The translations under genes were made by a program, and so were the position numbers. The notes beneath the pieces were generated by a model that was given only the letters and a program-made list of their open reading frames with translations, was not told where the DNA came from and did no database searches. A DNA stretch of 64,000 bases from Lingula anatina (Eukaryota; Animalia; Brachiopoda): assembly GCA_051362555.1 (NCBI GenBank), contig CM120641.1, positions 9,548,001-9,612,000 of the forward strand, in the 5' to 3' direction. Shown one piece after another: positions 23,339 through 35,870 of the stretch. Each line of letters opens with the position of its first letter. Within the stretch, counting starts at the first letter, position 1.

Positions 23339-25970
23339 TTATTTTCTTCTCCACACTGTAGCATGTGCAACAGTCCACTGGTTTTTATGAGCTGTCTCAC
23401 GAATAAAGAAAGGCATATCTTTGTCTTCAAGTAGGTCAAAATCAGGTCCCAAAACTTTCTTTAAGTTATCGAACCCTGTTACTTTCCTTCCATTTTTATC
23501 AATATAACCTCCAAGCCATAAATTCTGAAAGAAAATAATAAATTTGGATTAGACACCAATTGCAATACAAAACTTGGTAGATGATACATTCATGACAAAT
23601 GACAATTTTTTTAAAATCTGGAATTTTTTATTACTAATGTACGATAGTCTATTTTAAGGAAAATTAAATATAAACAACAACAACTGTGGAAAAACATAAG
23701 ACAATTAACATAAGGCCTGTGTGAAAAGTAATATAAATATAATATAAATCACTTATAACTAATACCTTGGGGGTGTACTCTTCCAGCCATGTATATGGTG
23801 AAGTGATGACAAGAATTCCTCCCCTAGCTACAAGAGTGGGAAGTCTATTCAAGAAATCATATGGATTAGGTAATCTGCATATGAGATTTCCAGCAAATAC
23901 ACATCCAAATTGACCCAGGCTAACAGGAAGATTGCATGCATCTCCTTGGCGGAAAGATGTCCTACTTCTGTCCTAAAATTAAAAACAACAAGCGGATACA
24001 ATGTTTACAATTTCATAGCACTCTGCTGATCTAGTGATGGTGTGTGTGTGTGTGTGTGTGTGTGTGATAGAGAGAGAGAGAGAGAGAAAGAGAGAGACTA
24101 TCTGAAATTGCTTTTATTGACCACAAACATTTGCAAGCTAGGCAAAGTGAAATTTATTGATCCAGTCAGTGAAGATTTAGCCCATTGCCTGTAGACATAT
24201 AAATACTGCCTTGAAGATGCATTTGAGGCTGTACTTAAACTGTGGACAGAAACTTTTCTTGGTACACATAACTCACTTAATTCCCCTTTGTTCAAATGTA
24301 AACTCTATATGAGGGGTATTAATGAAATGTGTTTACAATGGATTAAGATAAACTGATCTGCCGTATATAACAGTAAATATGCCAAATATGGCTGAGATAG
24401 AACCTAATTCTTACTGCAAATGAAAAATTATAGTCTACCACTTTATGGCGACTTTGACAGAGTAATAAAAGCCAGTCAGCTTATTATGTGTGACAGTAAA
24501 CAAGCAGTACCAAATAAGTCTTCTGTCAAATTGCATTCAGTTTTATTTTACTGTTACAATCAGTTGACTGCACAAAGCACAATCTCATTTTAATTCTTTG
24601 CGAACATCTTTTCTACATATAATTATGCCAGGCCCATGTTTCACAAAAAAATTAAGTCAGTACCAGTGGCTAACATCTTTGTTTCCAACATACCCTGGTC
24701 ACATGCACACACCTTACCTCTCTCATGCACACGTTTTCAGCCAGGAAACGGACTTGCTTTTTTTTTTTTTTTTTAGATCAGGACCAGGAAATACAGCCCT
24801 GTCCTGTTATAAAAACTGTGGCACTGGGGTAGCAATTTGCATTTTACTAAAAACAATGTAGAGAAAACCTATTATTTCAATTTTCAATTGTAGCTAGAAA
24901 TACAGATAAATCAACTTACGATGTCACTATCTATTCTGGCAATCAAATCAGTCACAAGAGCACCCTCATCTAGTACCCAGTATTTCATTTCTCCAGATTC
25001 CTTGAGTGCATTGCATGCATCCACAAATTTCTGACTAAAGTCTATACCAATCACTTCATTGATTACTCTAGCTAGTTCAAATGATGTTCTACCAACTGCA
25101 CATCCAATATCAAGTGCCCTGTTTGGGATACCTTGCTGAAAATGAAAATAAGCAGATATAATCTAACAATTAATCCATCGACCATTCCTCACATACGAAT
25201 TATAAACAAAAAATTAAATTATTTTTGCTTTTCATTGGCATTAACTGTTTATCCTAAAAAAATAACTATATTTGTCCTGCTAAAATATGTATGTTTCCAA
25301 ATTATTACCGTTATTTATAGATTTATTTATATCATTACAACATGTTTTAAGTAGAACTTAGCTGAAAAATACTTATTACAACATGCTCTTATTATTGATG
25401 CTGTAGTTAGACCAAATGGACAATGACTTGCAAGTTTCCATTTATTCGTAAAATAATTTTGTACAGTAGTTGTGGGCTTTCCTATATTCTTTAAAGTTTT
25501 TAGGTATCTGGGATGTGATTGTAAGCTCTTGTAAAAGGTCACAAACATTTAAAACACTTCCCATTTTACAGCAACTGAGACTGTGAGAAAATTTTTAGCA
25601 AGATAATCCACGAGCTCAGGGATTTTGGTATTTTTGTCAATTTCTCGGATTTTACGTTTTAGATATTTTTTATAAGGCATACCTGTGGCTTGTAGTGAGA
25701 TAGACACAGATCTGCACATCTTTTCGGAAAATCCAGAGAATCCTTTGGCCCAAAGTCGTACCTTAAAACTTCATTTGGAGCACCAAAGTGAAAAACTAAG
25801 TACTCATTCAAAAGTTTCTGTGTCTCGTAGACATTCTCAGATGCCACGGTCTTCATTCGTTGTCTCCGTTCGGAAATTAATTTATAAGTACTGTAAACTG
25901 CAACACTCGACGTGATGGCCAGCGATCCTATTGCAAACATTTTATGGTCGATACCAAAAATTTGAGCCAT
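23339..25970 (-). CDS. Stand-alone class I SAM-dependent methyltransferase homologous to the C-terminal domain of ovothiol synthase OvoA (putative mercaptohistidine N-methyltransferase), 298 aa
   Basis: Four phase-0 exons: 25970-25683, 25135-24920, 23972-23766, 23524-23339 (TAA). Motifs [36 protein letters not shown] (SAM motif I), [75 protein letters not shown]. Hydrophobic N-terminal segment [18 protein letters not shown] followed by basic residues. Confidence 0.88.
24040..24097. repeat. Compound (GT)n(AG)n microsatellite
   Basis: Directly visible, in methyltransferase intron 2. Confidence 0.95.
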
Positions 25971-26181
25971 GATTTCCCTGTCTTGAACGCTGTTTTAGCA
26001 GAGAAGTTGAGAATTTGCTCACCCTTGTGTGACGACTCGGCAACTCACGTTACCCGGAAGTTTACATTGGAGTGTGCGCAGTTTGAAAAATTTAATTGAA
26101 GTCTCGCGAGAGACCATGCACGGTCCATTTGGCAAAAAATGCCGATTCTCATTCCACGATAGACACGAGAGGATATTTCGT
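25971..26181. promoter_or_regulatory. 211-bp bidirectional promoter between the methyltransferase and GALNT genes
   Basis: The two ATGs diverge at 25970 and 26182. Contains CCGGAAGT (ETS, 26054-26061), ATTGG (CCAAT, 26066-26070), TGCGCA (26075-26080) and the perfect palindrome TCTCGCGAGA (26102-26111). CpG-rich relative to flanks. Confidence 0.75.
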
Positions 26182-29100
26182 ATGGGCTTCTTTTACAGAT
26201 ATCGAAAATGTGTTCTTCTCACACTGGCAAGTCTATGGATATCAGGCGTGATATATTTTTTCTTTATATTATTGCCTGGGGAGAGCCATTGGACTGGACT
26301 GCAGCACAGGAACTCCCAGGCAAGTTGACCTAATTTTGATCAAAACAAACACACGTGTTGTCATAAATCACACTTGTCTTATCAAAATAGAGTCGTCTTC
26401 CATAATATTTATTATTATTATTATTCGGTAGAAAGGGATATGTGTTTTTATCTGATGACACAGGCCTTATTGTTTTATAACAGCATAAAATTATGAACGA
26501 ATTTGACGAAAACTTTTAGTATAACAGGTGGCAGCATGCACGTCATTTTTCAGTGTTTCAGATGTTCTTGATTATAATAATAATTTGACCTTTAATTTCA
26601 AGAGAATTTGTTAAAAGTTTTCCAAATTATTTGTTTGATGCGTGATCATCAAAACCGATTTTCATTCAGAATGATTGAGAACGTATTCATATCTGTGACA
26701 AATTGATCCTTTTATTTTTTTCTGCAGGCCTTTCGAGAAGAAACATACCTGAAGGCAAAACATGCTGTGGATCCTTTCAGTAAACATTTCTTTAACATCA
26801 ATGTCTGTGATAAGCTGCCTGGAGACAGAGTGATACCTGATACTAGAAATAAAAAGTATGTGTTTCTTCTGTTCTCCTATCAAGACTTTTTGGAACGCTG
26901 GTGGCTTTTTGAGCTTCCTCGTAATAGGAGATCAAAGTGTTAATTGTTTATTTATGCTGAATGAAAATTACTTAAAACCATTACAATGTAACATGTTATA
27001 GCAGACCATTCTAATATATATAATATTTATATACATTTGTAGCATAATTTATTTTTTAGATTAAAATCCATTGATTGTTTTTTTTTTAATACAGGTGCCA
27101 GACTTTGAATTATTCTAAAGATGTGCCACTAGTCAGTATTATAATCACATTTCACAATGAAGCCAGGTGTGCATTATTTAGAACAATCAAAAGGTAAGAT
27201 AGTGAGGGTCTTTTTTCTTGTAAATGTTATATACTAATACAAGTCATGTTTTGATTTATGGTGAAATGTTTGTTTTTATCAAGTAGTAACAAGTAAACAG
27301 GAAATGTTTGTTTTTATCAAGTAATACTTTTTAGTTGTTAATTCTACTATTTAAAATTCTATATTTTTATTTTGATAAAGGGACAGTATATAAAGGATGT
27401 TAAATTTTTTTTGTATTTTGTTTGTTTCAGTGTTATTGATAGAACACCATCACATCTTATCAAAGAAATAATATTAGTTGATGATTTTAGTGAAAATGGT
27501 AAGAGACAGAAAACTTTTAAGTTACTCTGAAAAAGTGGACAGTTCTTTGTTATGTTTTTTACTCTACAAATTTTTAGAAATTTGGCCACCTTATTGATGT
27601 GGCAATAAAAGTAAGACACTATTTTGAAAAGTTACACAGGTAATGAAATAAAGAAAATTAAAGAAATAAAAATTTTTTTGACCAACTAAACATCTCAATT
27701 TTTTGTGCTTAGGTCTACTCTCACACTTACGAACTATCCACCCTATTTTCAATTTCACTGTGGAAGCTTTCAACACATATTGTTATATTTAAAAAAAGAT
27801 GGATGTGATCAGATTTTTTCAGATTTAGTTAATGCACAAAGCACCACCTGTGCCTATGAAATGATTAATCTCATTTAGTGATAACAAACAGTGAATTCTG
27901 TCTTCTTGTTACCTGACAAGGCCAGGTTAGTACACAAACATGTTTTAGCAAACAGGGATACAGGATGTTGCAAAACACTTCTCATTTATTCATTCTATTG
28001 CAGTTCAAGATGGGCGAGAGCTTTTAAAGATTCCAAAGGTTGTGGTATTACGGAACACAGAAAGAGAAGGTGGGAGAAAACAAAAATATGGAGAAGCATT
28101 TTAGAAAATAGAATAAAATGATTTACTATCAAAATTAGTATGTTAATTAAAGATATTTTTTTCTGTTTTTAATCAAAATGAAAAAAAAAACATGAAACCT
28201 AAATTTCCATAAGTGTCTGAATAATGTTTTTGTTCTTTTAACAAAAAGCAGATAAGGCTCAACTTTGCCACTAACATCAACATTTGTTCCAGGTCTTATT
28301 CGCTCTCGTAATAAAGGTGCTGCCAATGCTACTGCTGAAGTTCTGGTTTTCCTGGACAGTCACTGTGAGGTCAATGACCAGTGGCTGGAGCCATTGCTGA
28401 CCAGGATAAAACAGGTAATGGCAAAAATGACCAGCAGTCAGTAGTAAGTTGGGAATAGAACTAGTAATGTACCCATCGGAAATGTAGGTCTCTTTATTTA
28501 AGACAGCACCTTGAGTCTTGGAGTTAGATATATCAGTGACTAAAATGAACTCGGTGTTTCAGGGTTCATGATACCTCTTGAAGAGTGTGACTTATAAAAT
28601 TAAAAAATGATAACACATGGTATTGATTTTATAAAGAAGTTATTGAAATGTGGAAATGTCTTTTGGATAGACTACATATGGTAGTTTTAACATGGACCTT
28701 CCTACGGTAGCATTTAAACTTTATTACATGTCTGATTATAAAATGCTGAATTAGAAAATAAGTTAAGACTAAAATAATAGATATGAAATTAGTCCATGAG
28801 TGTAACTACATAAGTACGTTAGTGTCTGTGACATTGAGTAATGTACTGCTGTTAAATGTCCTTCCAATGTTGATTTTTATGTATATATTGTCCATAGATT
28901 ATGATTGCATGAAATAGTACTAATTGTCAAATTTTAAATTTAAGTACTTAATTATAACTCATAATTTTGTTGGTTGATGACTTTGCATTTTAATATTTAT
29001 TTTAGAGTCCCTATAGTGTGGTAAGTCCAGTGATTGATGTGATCAGTTTTCAGACATTTGAGTACCAAGCATCATCGGATGAAGTTAGGGGAGGTGAGGA

Positions 29101-32100
29101 ATCTCTCATGCTGAGTTCATATTATTACCTCTAGATTATGAAGAAAAAAATGAGAAAATATAGCTTTATAGTCTTGAAGCAAATTAGTTTCTGTTTCTTG
29201 AGAATATTTAGTGGATTTAAGATATACTACTTTTAGGCTTTGATTGGAGTCTGAACTTCAAGTGGGAAAACTTGTCAAGCAAAGAGAAACAATCCAGAAA
29301 AGATACTACACAGCACATTAAGTAAGTTTCACATATATGTATTTCATGTACAAAACCATTCACCTTTGTTTGTTAAAGAGTGTAACATCAGTAATGTCAG
29401 TCTAGATTTATAGGGTCTTTGATCATTAAGTAATTTTTTTTTTAACAAAAGAGTCTATACAATTTCAAAAATACATTTTCTAGGTTGAGTTGATTGATAT
29501 GATTGTATTCAATCTAAAGAAATTTGAATCATTATAGATCCCCTGTTGTTGCTGGGGGAATATTTGCCATTAGAAGAGACTGGTTCAACAAGATAGGGCA
29601 ATATGACCCAGATCTTGAAGTGTGGGGAGGAGAGAATTTTGGTGAGATTTTGATCTAAATATTATACTAGATTGTGTTTATACACATCAATATTGTTGAT
29701 ATTGCTATTACACATTTTACAGCATGACAGAAGATGAAAATTTTTGTATCTTTCTATTGTAAATGTAAACAAATTTTGGGGAAAAGAAAAAGTGCTAAGT
29801 GTTTGTCTGCACTGTTTAACATGTATCCTGAAGAGCATGGTATAGTGATTTAATTAGACTAGTCTTAACTGGATTGTGTATAATAAATAACAGTTTGTTG
29901 TTTTTGTTTCACAAGCAGCATGAACAGGTGAGTTTTATAAATATGCACAGCCACTATGAGTGATGGTGAAGGCGATCTAAATATCAAACATAATTGAAAT
30001 TGGTGATTGGTATCCTGTTGACATATGTAGCTTTCATATATATTGCTTTTGACCAGGGTGGCTTATCCATTGTAAAATCAGTGTGTTTTAAACTGGGTAA
30101 TAATACAAATCATAGTATGTTAATTTAGATGGTCTACTGGGTGTTTCAGTCACATATTTTGGAATAAATTGTATTTGCTGGGTGACATAACACTAAAATT
30201 TTAAAGCACATGTTATTAGCAGTGAACAAAAATGTTTTAACAAGTCTAGGCCCATTATTTCATCTTTGCTTTTTTTTGGTCACCTGCACATTATCTAAGT
30301 ATATACAGAAATTAAGGTCTTCCATATTTTTCAAGATATTTGGGTTTTTATATTTATGCCCCAGAACCCTATATAGAACTGCACAACTTTGGCACTTGCA
30401 TTTTCAGAATTTTTCATATAGTATTTAACATTATGCTAGCTGTTAAATTGGTTGATGCACATTAAACTTTGTGATTGTCTTAGCATTGTCTGTGATTTTT
30501 TATTTTTTGTTTTGTTTCCCAGTGGTTTGGTTTAAATTTGCATTTTTTGCAAAAACATTGTATTGTATATGCATAAAGACAATCCAAAGCAGTGACTGCT
30601 TACTCAAAATATCTACCCTTTTTATAATCTTTCAATAAATCAATAAATTGAAATATTCCAAAAATGAATGCTTCTATTGATTAATGTGCTTGTGTTCTAG
30701 CATTTTTTATTTTTTAATAAATTATTTATTGTTTATTACTTTTTGTTATTGAAAATGTGTTCAAATTGATATGTATGCATTTAAAAGTACTTTCTTATTG
30801 GAATCCGTTTTAATTCTGGTTTTCATTTATATTTTTTAATATATTTTTTTTAATTATTATTAAAATTATATTTCATTCATGGTTGCATTTTTGAAGTTCT
30901 GAACCTGATTTTTTTATGCACTGAATTTATCCTATGCATTAAGATAGTATGTTATATATCTCTGCAGTAATTCTGATCTCTGAGTGTTACTTTTAATAAA
31001 CTCGAACAAATTTTAAACCAGGATTTCCATGTTTCACATATTTGTTCCAGAACTTTCATTCAAAGCCTGGTTGTGTGGAGGTCAGACGGAGATATTACCT
31101 TGCAGCAGAGTGGGGCATATCTTTAGAAAGGAACATCCTTTCAGTTTCCCTCAGAGTAGTGATGCTACATACTTGAGGTGGGGTTGGTCTGTCTGTGTGA
31201 TTAAAAAAACAGGAGATTTCAAAACCTTCAGTATTTGTTAGAGAAGTTTATACATCTTTACTTTTATGCCATTCTCTGTTGTCTTTGCAATAATACCTTT
31301 CACATGACAGATTTTATAACAAAATTTTTATACATTTTCACAGCCTTCTTTATTTTTTCTGTCCATTTTTGTGAATTTAGTACTTTTATTATACATGTGC
31401 AAAAATTGACAATGATGAATGGTTATTGTCCATTTTTACAAGTATTTTATAAATGATGATGCAGAGAAATCAATTTTGTTATTTCTTTTTCTGTTAGGAA
31501 TACTCGTAGAGTGGCAGAAGTATGGTTAGATGAATACAAAAGGTTTTATTATGAAGCTAGGCCAGAGGCCAAAAACATTGATATTGGAGAGTAAGTAGGA
31601 TATGATTGATAGATTAAATAGAAACGGAAACTCTTTTTCATTGATTTTTCAAAAAAATGTCAGATATGCGTTTTATTGAAGGGAATATGATTAACTTTAT
31701 GCTCTTTTTAAATGAAATTTTACTAACAAGTTTTTTTCTACTGCTCAGTATCTCAAGGAGAACAGAGTTGAGGAAAAGCCTTGGATGTCGGTCTTTCAAG
31801 TGGTTTATGGAAAAAGTGTATCCAGAATTAGAGTAAGTGTAATCACAGCTTCAGCTTAGCCAAATCCTACTCATACTATGCAACTGTATATGAGATACAA
31901 AATGCTGTTACCAATCTGTCTTTCAAAGTTACTCTAATGATCTGCTTTTGTATTCAAACACTATTGTTAACTGTTAAAACAAATTTGTATGAAGAAAAGA
32001 TACTCATTATTTATTTTCTGAAGAATTCCAGCTCATGATGGTGTAGCCTATGGTCAGATATTACAGGGAGACATGTGCGTAGACTACTTGGACAAACAAG

Positions 32101-32411
32101 TTGTATTTAAACCTTGTAAAGAAAATGAACCATCTCAGGTAAGCCTGTTGTAAGTTTTAATTTACTTGAGTGTATCATGGCTCCATGTTGATTTTCAGCA
32201 CAGTTATCTGCTGTTGTAGGTATTATTAGCATATTACCATTACATTAAGGTCTGACAGCAAAGTCATGAGTATTATAAGTTGACAGAATAAGACATAAAG
32301 AAAGCATTTTTATATCTATAACAAGAAATGGCATGTTTATTTTCATTTTTATTTTACAGAAAACCTAATATATATTTTTTTCCATAAAGACACTAAAACT
32401 TGACTACCAGT

Positions 32412-32462
<51 letters not shown>

Positions 32463-32715
32463 TAATTGGCAATATGTAGGTTTTCAGTTTTAATTCAGTT
32501 TTGGTTTCATTTGAATTCTCAACTTTTGTCTTTAGGAGTGGACCATGAAAGAGAAAGGTGTAATTCGTAACAAAGAGAACCTGTGCTTAATGGCAGACAT
32601 TGAGGACACAAATTCCTATGTGCTGTTAGCATATTGCAAGGATGACATAAACTTGGTAAGTTGCTCACATTTAAAGTAGCATGGTTTATTTTACATGGTT
32701 TGAACACGTGAAGCT

Positions 32716-32753
<38 letters not shown>

Positions 32754-32952
32754 TTCATATTTTTTTAGTTAAATTGTGTAGATTAAAGAATTTTTTTATC
32801 TTTTCTAGGTGTGGGAACGTCAGGACACTCAGCTGGTTCATCAGAAAAGTGGACTTTGCCTGGACAGCCACAAACCAGAGAAAGGACTGGTAATAGGGGA
32901 GTGTGAGCTTTCTGACACACAGAGTTGGACTTTCTCTTTTGAAAATAGATAA
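26182..32952 (+). CDS. GALNT: Polypeptide N-acetylgalactosaminyltransferase, GALNT2/14/16 subfamily, about 526 aa
   Basis: 15 exons: 26182-26319 (GC donor), 26728-26855, 27095-27193, 27431-27498, 28004-28069, 28293-28414, 29006-29093, 29237-29321, 29538-29641, 31051-31177, 31498-31590, 31749-31832, 32024-32138, 32536-32655, 32809-32952. Type II TM anchor ([21 protein letters not shown]), [34 protein letters not shown] (DxH), [34 protein letters not shown], ricin-B lectin domain (CLD, QxW motifs). Confidence 0.95.
32414..32461. repeat. Poly-T tract (about 48 nt)
   Basis: Homopolymer in a GALNT intron. A second tract lies at about 32719-32750. Confidence 0.9.
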
Positions 32953-34014
32953 TACATATTGAAAATCTTTAATGGGAGGATGAAGTCTTAACACAGAGAC
33001 AACAATGCAATATTGTGGATTTTTTGATAGAGGAAGAGCTTCAGAATCTGTTGCATATTACTTTTTACAATCACAATATACTCAGATTGATATGTTTTAC
33101 ATATATTTATACTAATATTCTTTTCATAGGTAATTTGGACTTTGTGAAGTGTTTAAAACTATTCTATAATTTTTAATGTTTTTATCCTGTATGGCTTCTA
33201 ATTGAGAATTTCAGACACTATTTATACAGAAGTTGCTGAAAGTGACATAAGACTTGTATCATTTTTCTTCAATTTCTTTGATATAAAGTTTACTCTTTTT
33301 GGTGCTTGCTTACATTACAGGACAGCTTCAGTAAATTAGAATTTTTTTTTTTCACATTTGGAGCCCCCCCCCTCCACACACCCAAAAGTTTAACATTGTT
33401 CAGTTATATTGGTTCAGTATAAATGTTTTTGTGGTGATTTTTACCAATGGGAACAAGTATTTTCAATTGTTTGTCATCGTTGTAATCTTCATTTTTATGT
33501 AAAAATGTTATCATATTGATGGGACCCCTATAGGATTTTTCAATAGCATATCTTGTATATGGGTTAAAATGTTAATTTTTAATGTGAGGAAATCATATAT
33601 TTTGATATTAGGAGTATTTTGGATATTTACTAAAGGTAGAGTATTGCAATTTCATGACAAGAAGTATTACAAACAGATATTTACATGAAAGCAAACACTT
33701 ATGAAAGAATATAATTTTTCATTTCAAAGCAGTTTCCGTCTGCATGTATAAACTTTGATACATGCATGTTTTTAGTTGTTTTTTTTCAGACAGAATAGAT
33801 ATATAACTCGGTATTGTAATGAATTTTGGGAAACAATGTACATCATATACATCTTACATAAATTTGTTTCTGTTTAAATATACCATGTTTTGTGGTCCAA
33901 ACAATCACATGATAATTACAACCAAACATATACTAATCTTTTATAATTATCTAGTCAGTTTGAAGGGATCATTTCAAACAACTGTGTGAAAACTTGTTCT
34001 ACTTATACCATTTC

Positions 34015-34061
34015 AATAAATGAAAAAAGAGACAATTGTGTTCTATTGCCATGCTTTTATT
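34015..34061. terminator. Convergent candidate polyadenylation signals of GALNT (+) and SCFD1 (-)
   Basis: AATAAA on + at 34015-34020 and AATAAA on - at 34061-34056, between the two convergent stop codons. Confidence 0.45.
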
Positions 34062-34600
34062 TCCACACCCCCTAGCTATTGTATATTTATATATATATAT
34101 ATACACCATCACTTGTAACTAGAGGAGAGTTCTTTTCACTCATATTTTAACAAATGGAATTAATTTACATGAAAATGTGGGTCAAGATGCACCCCCCCCC
34201 CCCCCCCCCCCCCCAAAGTGTCTCTGTTACAGTTCTTCAAGGAAACTGGCTTTACCTGGGTAAAAACCATTGGGGTCCAGGTTTCATCACTTAGTTATTT
34301 GGGCACAGTTTAAGCTTTCAAAGGTAACAATTCTGTTTCCACAAATAATTTTGAAACTTTTCATAAATATTTATCATTTCACATTAATCCATCTGGCCCA
34401 TATTACCTGTATATAACAGAGAACTTATTCTGACAGTTCTTGTATCAAGCCAATTTTATACATACATTTTCATTTTAAATATAAAAGAATCCTTCCCAAA
34501 AAGAAAATTTTACATAATTCTCGGCAGTGGTACTGATGGTTTTACACTGTCCTTTGGAAATAAGGTGCTTCATGAAAAGTCCAGCTTTGAATATCTTGTC

Positions 34601-35831
34601 TCATGGCATTTCCTTCCCAAGAGCAGCCAACTACAAGCAAAAAAGAATACTCAATAATGCATTCCATGTTGCACCATATATATATATATATATTGTTTCT
34701 CCACTGCCTATGTATGCTCGGTAATAAGGCAAATGAAGCATGTAAAGTATTTTACAGATATAAATAGGGTGGCCTTGTTGATAAAGTGAAATCAATTTTT
34801 TGCTGAGATAAATATCTGCATGCACTTGTTCATTATCAGTTGTAACAAGCATATATAAAAACAACTTATAACAACAACAAAAATCTCTTACTTACAATAT
34901 GTAACAAGCAATAATAAGCAACTTATTACAACAACAGAAAAGTCTTACTTGTCTAAGGAACTGTGAAGAGTTTAAAAGTTCTGTGCAGCCGTATGTTATC
35001 TTCTTGCCTGGGCTAGACTGTGTTTTTCCCTACAAGCAAATAACACATTTACACAAATGTAATTCATGTAGAGAAAAAGGGCTGAGATTAGTCTGTTTTA
35101 AACTTCAGAGTTGAACCTAAAAATTGCAACAGAGGACCCAAATTAAGTCTATTTAAAAAGCAGGGGTAGTTGTGCTAATTTTGTTACGTCATAGACAAAA
35201 ATACCAGCGCTATAAATTATAAATAACTTTCTTTACTTACTTTGTAATAATCCACTAAATTCTGATATTCTATGTAATTTCCTCCTCCAACAATAAATAC
35301 ATATGCCTGTAAGGAACACGAAAAATATAAACAATACAAGAACCAGTGTGTGATATATGACAGCTCTGTTGATCTTATTATGTGAAAACAATTATTAATG
35401 GTCTCTTCATGTCAGTATAAGATTTTAAAAAGCATAAAAGAGTTATTTACATTTATCATGAAATATTATACTTGCCTCTTGGAATGGGGACTTGTTCCTT
35501 GGTACAGAGCTACAATGAATAAAAAAATTGGTCTATTGTATGATATATTATTTTCTGGCAATTGGTAACTGATTTGAATTTCAAGCATTATCATTATTCA
35601 GATTGTAGCTACAAAAAAAAAAAATAATAATTAATTAAAAATAATAAAAAAAAATAATAACTTATTGCCACAATACACATATGCTTACAAGGGTTCTGTA
35701 CCTGGTGGTCCTCACTCACCTGTCAGTAGCTCTCAGCATTTTGGGATCAAAGTATCTGTAGTCATCTGTTTCCTGATAAGATTTCATCTCCATCAAAGCA
35801 TCTGCTATTCTGGTTACAGGAAGTTTCTGTA

Positions 35832-35870
<39 letters not shown>

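Noticed and set aside
26029-26181. N-terminal extension of GALNT from an upstream GTG or ATG
   Set aside because: Runs through the promoter motifs; ATG 26182 gives the expected short cytoplasmic tail before the TM anchor.
27263-27323. 23-bp direct repeat GAAATGTTTGTTTTTATCAAGTA
   Set aside because: Only two copies in an intron; simple slippage duplication, not a CRISPR array or mobile element.
34842-34950. Imperfect tandem duplication (about 60 bp) of an SCFD1 intron 5' end creating a second donor-like site
   Set aside because: Use of the duplicate donor reads into a stop codon; most likely a neutral local duplication.
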